From NCBI RefSeq assembly GCF_009914755.1, contig NC_060937.1: a DNA stretch of 64,000 nucleotides; one strand, given 5' to 3'. Source of the DNA: the human T2T-CHM13v2.0 reference genome, Homo sapiens. The notes under the pieces were generated by a model. That model did not search any database, was not told where the DNA came from, and saw nothing but the letters and a program-made list of their open reading frames with translations. The translations under genes were made by a program, and so were the position numbers. Positions 12,712 through 25,585 of the stretch are shown here, one piece after another (position 1 is the stretch's first letter; every line of letters starts with the position of its first letter).

Positions 12712-12950
12712 AATAACTTTTTTATTGAATACTCATTACATACCAGGCATTATTTTAACGGCACTATCCATATGGATTTCCTCAATGGTCATAACAATTC
12801 ATGTCTAAACACTATTATAACTTTTTCCTCTTGCAAGTGTGGAAGCAGTGGCACAAAGAGGTTAAGTACTTTGTCTAGATGCAGCAGGTAAATGAAGAAG
12901 CCTAGATTTAAAGCCAGCACTCCGGCTTCAGAATTCATTCTCTCAACCAT
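12712..12950 (-). mobile_element. MIR
   Basis: tttattgaatactcattacataccaggca...ggcacaaagaggttaagtactttgtc MIR core. Confidence 0.7.
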
Positions 12951-12974
12951 AGCAACAAATGGCTTCTCAAAACT

Positions 12975-13476
12975 CAAACTGAGGGAAATGTTTTGATTGA
13001 TAGATAATAAGCCAAACAATCTACCTTCATACACATCTAGGTCACATACAAAGAGATCTGACACTACTCCCACATAATTCACTCATAATTTTAACATGGC
13101 TGTACTACTTCAGAAGATATTCCAATAAATGGTTCATTACAAAACCTTTCCATCAACTCCCCAGTGAAAAGATCAGTAGACAGTGTGGGTCCTAAGATCA
13201 TTTGAATCTCTTGCCTCCAAAATTGTTGCTTTGCTGTTTCCACTAGTCCTCAAATGGTTGTATGTTACTCCTCATCCACTCCTAATCAGGCCTGCCTTGA
13301 AGCCCCAATTTAAAACTAAGCCTCAACTTTATGTAAATTTCAACTTCACCTTCCTGCCCCAGACACTCCATCAAAGCTCTGCTGAGTTGCTCCTCTACCT
13401 TCTGGCAGTAAGCAATAAACTTAACCCCGACTTATCAACAGGCTGTTTCAGTAATTTTAGGAAGCTGGCATTCAAT
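12975..13476 (+). mobile_element. Old ERVL-class LTR (MER73/74/76-like)
   Basis: 3' end agtaagcaataaac...ttatcaacaggctgtt...agctggcattcaa resembles ERVL LTR ends. Confidence 0.4.
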
Positions 13477-13764
13477 AATAGTGTGCATGTTACTATAATT
13501 CTAATAAAATGGCAGAAATTCAGAAGTGAGAAGGCACATTCTAAAAAAAAAATCATCCTTTTAAAAAACAAGGTCCTACTGAAGTAAAAATTAACAATAG
13601 AACGGATGATAAACTGATCTAGCCACTGAATGAGCAAAAGAAATTTCGATAAGCATTTCTCTAAGACCCAGATGTATTTAATGGGAATTAAAGAAAAACA
13701 TTGCTAGTAACAAACTTATCATGAGAATTTTGCCCATCATATTTAGGTGAGAACATTTAGATAG

Positions 13765-13940
13765 TATTGACTTTGAGCTAAGAGTTTCTCATACTTTGCA
13801 AGCATTAGCTCATTTAACCTTCATAGCAACTCTACGGGGCAGGCTCTAGTAGTATTTCCATTTTACAGAGAGGAACAGAGTTTATAGAGCCTTCCAAAGT
13901 CACACAGCTACTAAGGGAAGGAGGCAGGATTAAATCAGTT
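13765..13940 (-). mobile_element. MIR
   Basis: ctcatttaaccttcatagcaactct, ccattttacagagaggaac and aagtcacacagcta. Confidence 0.7.
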
Positions 13941-15146
13941 ATTGTACATCTGACATGCAGTTCACTACCTGGCTTTCTTGACAGTCACAAACATCGGTTG
14001 ATTGTTGGTTACAGCCTTAATGAACTATTTGGACTTCTGTAGAGTGCATGAATGCCTTCAAGCCCCAATCTCTTTGACATGCTGCTTCTACCCTTACCTA
14101 TCTGGAATATAACTATGATCTTTCAAGATGGAACTAAGCATTACCTCACCCAGAAGGCTTTCCTGGCCCTTGGTGTGGAAATGTAAATGGACAATCTTCC
14201 CCTTGGGCTGCTGCTGTGCCTGGCCACATTACTAACTGAATTATTCCTCCCCATACCAGCTTTTTGTAGTTCCTATCCCTGGGACATGATAAATGAGAAC
14301 TGAATAAATAAGTATTTATTCCTCTAGGGGATTCTTTATCCACTAAATTTGGGAACTTATGTATGATAAAGCCATGGGCATTTTCTTCTATGTGGGCAAT
14401 GCTAATTCACTTGCCCCTTCCTGTAGTTTCAGAGTATGAAGCCGGTGCTTCTTGCATCCCGACTGACTCGTTTCTTCTAGGCTTCTTTATTTGCTTTGGT
14501 AATTTGGTTCTGATATATTTTTCTGAGCATATGTCTTATTTGTTTTATTGGCTTCACCCCAGGTCTTGAACTCCTTGCTGAGGAAGCTGGCCCAATGATC
14601 CCCATTATTCCCTTTATTGGCCAGTTTGGACTGATTTTCTTCCCCAAATGGACTTTGATCTCAATTAGTTTTGTCTCGGAGCAGAAAAAGCAAAGGAACC
14701 AACTCCTGACGGGTATTAGCAATGCAAATATCATGGTCATATCAGGCTTTTTATGAGCAGAATAAACAAAATAATGAACTCATTAGGAAGGCCTTATAAA
14801 AATCCAAGCTTTAAGAACTTTGACATGGAAAGATGTAAATATGTAGTGGAATTATTTCCTTTATTCTGCTTAAGTCGTATTAAAGAAAATGTTCTAGTAT
14901 TTGAAGTAACTTAAATAGATTATGGTGACTAATTTAGCATTCTTTCTGGCATTTATAGTTAAAATATCTTTCAGACATGGATTAATTTTCTATGGCCCAC
15001 AGGAAAATTCCTGAATACCGTAATTTTAATTCAGAAACTTGTGGCTGGGAAAAGGATTCTGGACTACAGAAGAGGATACATTGGGTCTAAGTTTTACCAT
15101 GCTACTTGGAAAAGTCACTTTTTTCAATCTGAATGCTCTCGTCACT

Positions 15147-15150
<4 letters not shown>

Positions 15151-15178
<28 letters not shown>
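15151..15178. repeat. (GT)n microsatellite
   Basis: Perfect GT run. Confidence 0.95.
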
Positions 15179-16324
15179 TTACAATCTATATCTTAATCAT
15201 CATAAATATTTTTTAAATGAAATGTGTTTTCACTGATAGTTCAATGATTCTGTGTTTTATAATTGTCTTTGATAAAAATCACATACCTGAAATAACATAA
15301 GGAATTACAGAAATGCTTACTGCTACCACAACTACAATTCGAGTCGGCATTTGTCTCATTATATAGACCTTTCCATGCAAATTAACTCCTGAATTTAATT
15401 CATTGCATCTCTTTCAAATTATATACAATCCTGCTTACTGCACCTGTTATATATCAGCAAATTTAATACTTTTTATTTAAAAAATTACATGAGGTGTCTA
15501 TTTGCTCAAGAAAGGCATAATAAAAAAAACTGAGCGGTGGTAAAGAACTCATTCAGACGTGATTTTTACAATAATAATTGTTTAAAATGCCTAGCCTTAC
15601 AGGCATATTTCACAAACAAAAAATATATAAAACAGTCACTTTTATAGGTAATTGAGGATATTTAAACCCACTGAACACTCAGAGTTGGTGGTGGTTGTTG
15701 TTTTAAATCTATGTCACAGCCACACGGCAGGTGTCAATATCCTTCATAAGGATTCTGGCCCTGAGAGTGAGGAAGCCTGTGAGTCGCAGAAGGCCTAAGC
15801 ATTACTTTTAAACTTATTAAGATACGTTGCCTGTTTTCTGATTTATGTAAGTGAAAATTATAGATTTTTAAATCAGTTCTACTTCCCACAAATACAGAAA
15901 TAAAAATATGAAAGTCCGAAGTCTTGAATCTGCCTGCAGTCGCGAAGCAACACATCAGTAGAAGCAGTTCAGGAGAAATGGCCAATTCAGAAGGCTCATG
16001 ATGGAGATAGAGTTGGTATAATATTTTATTTTTTATTATGTAGAGAACATGAAAAAGAATTAAAAACACAAGATTTGGGTTAAAAGTTTAATTTCTACTA
16101 CTTAGCAGCAGCTTCAACTCAATTTCTAAGCCACAGCTTCATCTTCAGTAATATTATATTGATGAACCCTAACTCAGATAGTTAAGTTAAATAATGGCTG
16201 AAGTGTGCCTGAAATAAAGGAGATACTCTATTCCTGTTTGATACATTTTAATATCAAAAATATCATAATGTGGAGAGTGATTGGTTGGCTTAATTTGATA
16301 TAGCTAAAATCATATTAAGAAATT

Positions 16325-16615
16325 GGCCAGGTGTGGTAGCTCATGCTTGCAATCACAACAATTTGGAAAGCCAAGGGTGGAAGATCGCTTGAGCTCATGA
16401 GTTTCAGACCAGCCTAGGCAACATGGCGAAACCTCAGCTTTACAAAAAATGCAACAAAAAACTAGTCAGTCATGGTGACACACGCCTGTTATCCCAGCTA
16501 TTTGGGAGGCTGAGGGAGTATGGCTTGAGCCTGGGAGGTGAAGGTTACAGTGAGCCGAATAGAATGCAGGTTACACTGCATTCCAGCCTAGGCGATAGAG
16601 GCAGCCTTTGTCTCA

Positions 16616-16646
<31 letters not shown>

Positions 16647-16656
16647 TAAATAAATA
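16325..16656 (+). mobile_element. Alu (AluJ-like) with (TAAA)n tail
   Basis: ggccaggtgtggtagctcatgc start, high divergence and a TAAA tail. Confidence 0.93.
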
Positions 16657-16924
16657 GGAAGAAATGTTATAACCTTAGAAGCATCATTTTCATTTTCTGT
16701 AGGTTGTATTTTGCTTTTGTCATTTTTCCCTCATTCCAACCCAAACCTGACTAGACACTGATATATTTGATTGCATGATTTGGAGTATTTACTGAGAATA
16801 TGCAAATAAATTAATTAGATAATTTATTTTGTAAATAAGAAAGAATGTTTGCATACATCTACAGTGGAAAGTGTATGCGTTCTCTGGGAATCCAGTAACT
16901 TTTATTTAGAAAAATGTACAAATT

Positions 16925-17065
16925 CTTCCTAGCTATGTGCACTTCCACTTAACTTCATCCTGCTGTGCCCTTTAATTCCCTCATTTGTTAACCTAGACAG
17001 TAAACTCCAGCCTTGAAGAGTTTTTGAGATATTTAGATGAGATGGTACGTGTAAAGGGCTGCATA
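16925..17065 (+). mobile_element. MIR fragment
   Basis: cctagctatgtg...ccctcatttgttaa...ttagatgagatggtacgtgtaaag. Confidence 0.5.
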
Positions 17066-17344
17066 GAAAATGTCAGGCAAGAAATAGATCTTAGTTCCTC
17101 TTTTTTCTTCTTTTACTTTAATCCTTATTTCTACAACACTACATCAAACTGAAGTCATAAATCGATATTCTGAAACCAAAACTTTCTTCTCAGCCTTTCA
17201 TTGACTCGATCTATTTTTGTTATTTTGACATCTACTGACCACTCATTTTAATTTAACAGTTTTTCCTACCTGCCCATATTAAAAGAAATTTAGCATTGCA
17301 TAAGAGAGAGTTTAGAATTTTCAGGTACATGTAGTCTTCCATAC

Positions 17345-17505
17345 AGTATGTCAGCTGAGCGGTCTTAGACAAGCTACTTAACCTTCCAAAGCCTCAATTT
17401 CTTTTCCCAGCAAAATAGGGACAATATTGCCTATCAGGCAAGTTTGTAAAACAAATTGGAACAAAGATCCTAGCATGGTGTTTGGCATAGCATATGTGCT
17501 TAAAT
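17345..17505 (+). mobile_element. MIR fragment
   Basis: ttagacaagctacttaacctt...gcctcaatttcttttcccagcaaaataggg core. Confidence 0.6.
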
Positions 17506-19204
17506 TTTTAGAAATGAAAAATAACAATGATGATAAAATCCACCATTCACTGATACCTACTTCTGCCTACCCAGCATGCTCAAATTAGTATCTTTTAAAA
17601 TGATCTGAATAAAACATATTTAATAGAGATTGAGCATCTAATTGACTTATTAGCCAGACTTGGCAAATGCTTTAAATAGCTAACAACAGAAATACAAGGT
17701 CTCAATTTCCTTTGCTTTGTGTTAAACTTCTAATGCTGACTCACTGGAGTATTTCCCAGATTTTTTTTTTTAAATAAAAGGTAATGAATTCTGTTTCTCT
17801 GTGAGTTAATAAATGAAGATACTATCAATTTTTGAGGCATATATTTCAATTCATTGATGATTCAAAAATACCTAGAATACGTGTTAGATCCAGAAAATTC
17901 ACCATAATATGCTCTTTTGATACGTGTAACCCAGTCAGCACAAGATGTGGCATTGTTTTTCCACAGTCTAATTTGGTATTGCTCCCCAGTTCCCTTACTA
18001 AGCCAGCAGAGCATGAGCTACCCAGGTGATGCTGAATGAGGTATTGGAACATTTTCCAGAAAATGTCTAGGGAAAACTCCATTGAGAACATGGGGGTAAT
18101 TAAAATATCTACAGCCTGGCATCCTAGGTAAAATATTAGTCTTTCTACATGATAGAATGAAGGTACAGGAAGTCAGAAGTAGCTATGGTATAAGGTTGAT
18201 GAAAGAAAAATGGACCTGGTGAGCATATAAACCTCCAAGGTAGAGTAAAGATTATTTTACTTAATAACTTCTATGCATCTTCATCTTCCATGGTATATTT
18301 TTGGTATGGCTTTGAACTAAAGTATTACAGATAATTTATTGAAATGATACTCATTTAGGAAGACTTTATGTGTTTGGGGAGGAAAAGGAAAGACTTCTTG
18401 ATTTTTTTAAAATCAATTTTAGGCGTGGGTTTAAAACTGAAGAATTGAAGCAGCAGATGTTTCTGCCTTGTGAGGAAATTCTCCACCTGCAGAATCATTC
18501 CTTGCATGTACCTCCTGGTACTGTGATTCAACAACTTTGAGATGGGTATTTAAAAAATAAGCACTTGTAGAATAATTTAGAAAAATAATTCCTTACTAAA
18601 CGTCTGTTTCCATCAAATAGAACTGTTTCCACCAAATATATATGTGTGTATAGTGTATTTGTATGTACGCATGTGTATAAATGTGTATATGTGTGTGTGT
18701 GTGTGTACATTTGTGTGTGCGTGCATAGAGAGAGCATCTGAAAGTTTTCTAGGTGTGCGGTCCTTTGAATGTCAACTGAAATATAATATGTTTCTAAAAG
18801 CATAAGGGAAAAGAAAAAACTCCCTAATGGAATATTCCATTTAGAGCTTACTCAAGTTGGGAGCTGGGCTTCTAAGCTGGGTATTGCAGCATATCCGAAA
18901 GGAGGCATTGTGCTGCCAAACAGGTAACAGGCTGCCTGCTGATGCCCGTGCAGTTCCTACACCCACGGCTGCTGTAATGCGGCACAGCCAGGCGTCACGC
19001 CTCAGCAGATGCTCTAACAACAATACATCGATGAATAATCTGTGGAGGGTTGTCATGCACGTCACCGGGGATAATAAGAGCGTTCCCATCCTAGAGCTTG
19101 CTTGTGGATAGTAGACTGGGAAGGAAAGGAGCACGGCACAGGGAACAGCTTTTTTTCCAGCTCAGCCTGTGTAGCCATAGTCCAAAGCAGCCAGGGACAT
19201 GTAG

Positions 19205-19535
<331 letters not shown>

Positions 19536-20518
19536 TTCAGCATCACTCTTGAAACGCTTCTACACTGTGCTGAATAAGTGCTGTGGCTTTGACAGGTTGA
19601 ACTACAGCCTGGGGAGCACAGTGTTTAGAATATTTGAAGACCTGATTTTCTCACAGTACTCTGACACTTAGATATCCTTTCAGTAGAAAATCAAGTTGTA
19701 ACATTTGAAGATTAAGCAAATGAAGAGACATCTCTTAATAAGTTCAGATGTTCATGCCTAATTGAGGTTTGCGAAAAGGCACCTAAAGGTTTATCAATTT
19801 TCAGGAAAAGCTTCCTAAAATAAGACCCTCTGAAATGATTTCTTGTTTTGTTGTAAGAAATACTTTAAAATATATGTAAGACACACTTTTCAGAAGCACA
19901 TTCAGATTTGTATGTTATTTTATATAGTCATGTGTGTATGTGTGTATAATGATTTCCCTCTAGTATTAAATAAAAAGAATACAATTCAAAACTTAAAAAT
20001 CAAAATAAGAAAAAGGAAAGCTATTTCTTTAACTTTACATACTTTCCAAAAGAATGTATTATTTAAGATAATTAGTATTTTAATACTAAAGAGGATCTTA
20101 GAAGATGGCAATTGCCTGTTTGGCTAAGATGCGTCTCAACACTACACTCATCAATGTTGATTAAGTAAAAACTTCAGATTTATTTGCAGGTATAAAATGC
20201 CTAAGATGTTTTCCTAACTCTGCATATCATGCTGATAACATATAACAATTGGCTTGCTGGCAAATCTAACAAATCTAAATCTATAAGATGATAGAGTAAT
20301 AAAACATTTATTGGCTTTTACCTGGGTACTACTAAAATAATATATGAGTGAGGTGCAAATCGGCTTTGTAATACTTATTATGTAATAATCAATACAGATC
20401 TTTCCACTTAATACATTCTTTCCATTGTTCATTCCATTAATGTGGGCAACATTTGACTTTATAAAGCACTGAGACAGTAAGACCAGGGGGAAAAAAGTTA
20501 TTTTCCCTCCTTCTTTAA

Positions 20519-20895
<377 letters not shown>

Positions 20896-23800
20896 TACCA
20901 TTGCATTCTTTGGTGGGGTGGAAGAGGAAGCTTCTGTAAATGTTTCATTTCTAATGCAAGGCCCTGAATTCGCCCTCTCATTAACAAGTGGTTAGGAATG
21001 TGCACACGCAATATGAAGATTGCTTTAAGAAACGGTTGCTTCTCTGAACCTCTTCCAAATCCAAATGTCTCAATGGAGCTACAGTGTTTCACGCGTGGTG
21101 TTTTGAAATGTCTCTGTTGGAATGTCTACCTGCACGGCTATGCATCCTGTGTATCTCTGTCGCAACACCTGGTGGTTTCTGTGCGGAGCCGTAGGCGTCT
21201 GTGGGCTGGTTTAGAGGCAGGGCACTCTTCCTAATAACCTTATGGAGTGATCCATGCTGATTTATCGGAGCCCCTTCTCTTATCTTATTTTCCCTCAGCA
21301 AGAATAATTTTACGCTAGAATAACTTCATGCAATTAAGGTATTAAGTTTCATTGTTCATCGGGAGGAAGTTTAAAGATGGAGGCACAGGGGAGTTTGAAT
21401 GGACTGTTTTCCCAGGATAAAAAAAAAATTAAAACAATAACTTTCATTATACGTTGTTCAGCTGCACTTGAAAAACTAGTATTTCTAAACAATACAAATC
21501 TCATTAAAATACAAAGAATGAGAGAAAAAATTATAAAGATATCAGAAAATGAACCTGCTTCTCAGGGTTTGTGCCATTTGGTGCTGGTCAGTGGCATTTC
21601 CATGTGGTATTTCTGAACGTGTCCACTTCCTTTCATCTTAACGCAGTGATACTGACAGCAGTCATTCTCCCTCTCCCCCACCACATCTTAGTCTATGGAA
21701 CCAACTTGGTGGAATTAATGGGCACATAAAAAAGGAACTACACTGCTGTGTGTTCCTACGTCGATTCTAGTGACTCGATTCCCATAGCCCTCCTGGTGGA
21801 TACTTCAATATTGTGAATATAAATTAACTTGCCAAAGAATGGAAGTTGCAGATTCGGTTGAGTAGTTTTCACCAGTATACATTGGCAAAATTTATGATAT
21901 TTGGAACTCCATTTATTATTTTCATTGCCTTCTGGCAATCATAGGAGGAGATAAAAAGGTGTGGGGGGGGGGGCGGAACTTGTTTCCTTAAATAATTGAG
22001 TTATTTTCCTGATAAGTGTTTGGAAATATTTTAAATAATATGCATGTGATGTTATCTCATGTGAACACAGAAACATTTTAAATATTTTTCTTTTCTTTAC
22101 AATATACACCATAAATTATATTGTGTACAGAAAGAACCAATTCTTGGAACATCTCATTTAAGAATTGAATGATAATGGAATTGCACCTTGTTTTTTATCG
22201 GCTCATTTCTTATTGCTCAAAAGATTCAATGTTTAAAGAAATAGAATCAGACTTGTGGAATAGCTGCTCTTATTGCTTCTCTTTTAACAAAAGCAGGTTC
22301 GGAAACAGGCAAAAGAAGGGGGGAGACTTTAATGAAGAAAATCTGTGCTGAGAAAAGACCAGAGAGGCAATAAAAAGCCTTACTTAATTGACAAGCAGCT
22401 GCCTTAGCTTTGAAAGCATTTATTCAAAGTTTTTTTTTTTTTTTTTTTTTTGGCTCGCAGTATAAGTTGTAGGAGAGATCTGCAGATGCTTATATTTTCT
22501 GTGGTAAATCAAGGTACAGAGACATTAACCATGAAAATGATTTGATTTTACATCATTCATTTCATGAAAGAAAGGTGGGAAATAATACTCTGTTGTTTAA
22601 GAGATTGAAACAAACAAAAAACCAGAATCTGCAGTTTTGCTTAAACTGAAAACGAATTTCTGGAATTGACCTTATAATTAACTTCCTTTAGTGAATGGGG
22701 AGCTATGCCATGCTCTCATGTTAGATATTTTTCTTCTCCTTTCCAGAAGAGCCTCAATTCTCTTAGAATTTAAATAAAGAGAAGTAATGGCATCATTAAA
22801 TTCTGGTAAAGACTATTGCTGTAACATGAGATTAAAAGACTGAATTATTATAAAAAATTATATATTTCCATGCATCCACAAAATTCTAATTCTGTTTGTG
22901 TAAACTATTTGGGGTTCTAAGATGTGGAAACTTTGCAATTTTAGTCACATATACATCCTAAAGATCCATATTCTTCCATTTTTTTTCAGAAGCTTGCTGA
23001 TCAAAACAAAATGAAGTTACAATATTATAGAAGTGAGCTGTTTAGTTCTCTGTTAAGTGATGTTAAAATTTACCAGTTAGCATTTACAAATTATTTCATA
23101 ATATTAATGGTTTGACAGTGCAAAAATGAAAGATGATAGCTTTCAACTCTTAAAGCTGTCAGGTAATAAATACAACAATAAGTGTTCTTCTAAATTGTAC
23201 ATATCTATGCATATATATTTATATAAATATAGATAATATATTAACATACTGTGATAATTTAGAAAAAAAACCTCAACTTTAAGTTACTTTACAGTGACAG
23301 TAAATGCTACAGATAATTATTTGACAAAGTAGTTAAGTATAAATAACCATTGATATGTGCCTGGATAGAAATTAAAATGTAGTCATGAAATTATAAGACA
23401 AAATTTAAAAATATCTAAGAAGAAGGAAATAACATTTTAAATACCTAGAGACTGACTTCTAGATTAAAGTAGGAAGTACTTGCTTGATCATAAATCCAAG
23501 GCCTATAGTATTTGGTTTAATGCTGACTCTCCCTGCAGTAATCTCTATGGAAATTAAAGGGAGGTTTTCTGAATGAAATAATTTAATCTATTTAAGAAAG
23601 GGGGTACAATAATTATTCAGTTCTTTAATGAAATGCCATAGTCTTTTGTCCTTTCAAATTGGCCGTTGGCATCATTGTGTCAAGTAATTGCCCCTAAACT
23701 GCACTCAATAATGTCCCCTCCTCTTCTTTAGTAAGTTAAGTAAATGACATGTGCCATCTGTTTACCTAAAGGAATAAGAGCTGTGTGTTTATTTAATTGG

Positions 23801-24465
23801 ATGTAGCATGTTTTGTGGCTAAAATGATGGCATTTCAGGTAGACTTATTTTTTTCTGGTCCTGAGAAATATGCAGAAAATGAAAGAAAAAATTCCTTGTA
23901 AGAAAGAATTGTGTTTCGATAGGAAGAGTGTCCTGACTTGTCAATCTCTGAATATCCTTGATCAAGTCGTTGCTTCCATTGACCTATATCGCTCTACTTG
24001 ATGCTTAGGTGTGTGCATTTGAGTATGTGTGTGTGTGTTCATGGGCATGACAGAGACAAAATGCAACAACAACAGGGTAAGGCAGGAACATGGCACTCAT
24101 CAGAGAAAGAACAAAAAACAGAAAGGAAAGAGGGAGATAATGTGAGGCAGCAGACATGGGCACAAATTGACAGAGAGAGAAACAGACAAAGAGGGGCAGA
24201 CAGAAACGTGTTTGTGCCTGCTCACACACGCACAGATGAGGATTAAGTTTTAGGTTAAAATTATACATATATAATGATATGCCCAAAGTATGATTTCATA
24301 ACACTGTAATAAAATATGTCATGAAATAGGTAGAAATGATCATTCATTAAGCCTAGGGATGTTCCATGAAATGCATGAGTTCCATAAAGTGGATGAGTTT
24401 ATGAAGAACTAAAGCACTACATGATCTCATCACAGAAGTTTGGAGCCAAGCGAGTAGCCTGGCTG

Positions 24466-25585
24466 CTCACTGGAATCATCGAGATTCTAACTGGAGATCT
24501 GGTCTGTGCTTCTTCTCTTGACTCACTGGAATCATCGAGATTCTAACTGGAGATCTGGTCTGTGCTTCTTCTCTTGACTCACTGGAATCATCGAGATTCT
24601 AACTGGAGATCTGGTCTGTGCTTCTTCTCTTGACTCACTGGAATCATCGAGATTCTAACTGGAGATCTGGTCTGTGCTTCTTCTCTTGACTCACTGGAAT
24701 CATCGAGATTCTAACTGGAGATCTGGTCTGTGCTTCTTCTCTTGACTCACTGGAATCATCGAGATTCTAACTGGAGATCTGGTCTGTGCTTCTTCTCCTG
24801 ACTCACTGGAATCATCGAGATTCTAACTGGAGATCTGGTCTGTGCTTCTTCTCTTGACTCACTGGAATCATCGAGATTCTAACTGGAGATCTGGTCTGTG
24901 CTTCTTCTCTTGACTCACTGGAATCATCGAGATTCTAACTGGAGATCTGGTCTGTGCTTCTTCTCTTGACTCACTGGAATGATCGAGATTCTAACTGGAG
25001 ATCTGGTCTGTGCTTCTTCTCCTGACTCACTGGAATCATCGAGATTCTAACTGGAGATCTGGTCTGTGCTTCTTCTCCTGACTCACTGGAATGATCGAGA
25101 TTCTAACTGGAGATCTGGTCTGTGCTTCTTCTCTTGACTCACTGGAATCATCGAGATTCTAACTGGAGATCTGGTCTGTGCTTCTTCTCCTGACTCACTG
25201 GAATCATCGAGATTCTAGCTGGAGATCTGGTCTGTGCTTCTTCTCTTGACTCACTGGAATCATCGAGATTCTAACTGGAGATCTGGTCTGTGCTTCTTCT
25301 CCTGACTCACTGGAATCATCGAGATTCTAACTGGAGATCTGGTCTGTGCTTCTTCTCTTGACTCACTGGAATCATCGAGATTCTAACTGGAGATCTGGTC
25401 TGTGCTTCTTCTCTTGACTCACTGGAATCATCGAGATTCTAACTGGAGATCTGGTCTGTGCTTCTTCTCTTGACTCACTGGAATCATCGAGATTCTAACT
25501 GGAGATCTGGTCTGTGCTTCTTCTCTTGACTCACTGGAATCATCGAGATTCTAACTGGAGATCTGGTCTGTGCTTCTTCTCCTGA
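24466..25585. repeat. Minisatellite/VNTR, 56-bp unit x exactly 20
   Basis: Unit CTCACTGGAATCATCGAGATTCTAACTGGAGATCTGGTCTGTGCTTCTTCTC[T/C]TGA; 1120 bp = 20 x 56; only three variable positions. Confidence 0.98.
24519..25533. promoter_or_regulatory. Array of 19 consensus AP-1 motifs (TGACTCA) at 56-bp spacing; function unproven
   Basis: Each unit junction reads TGA|CTCA; motif match only. Confidence 0.45.

Noticed and set aside
13183-13637. 134-aa ORF and its antisense ORF
   Set aside because: Overlaps a probable old LTR, has a non-ATG start and shows no recognisable domain
24466-25585. CRISPR-like regular array
   Set aside because: Units are head-to-tail with no unique spacers, there are no cas genes, and the context is primate DNA; it is a minisatellite
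24466-25585. Coding tandem repeat
   Set aside because: 56 is not a multiple of 3, and the ORF track shows no ORF spanning the array on either strand
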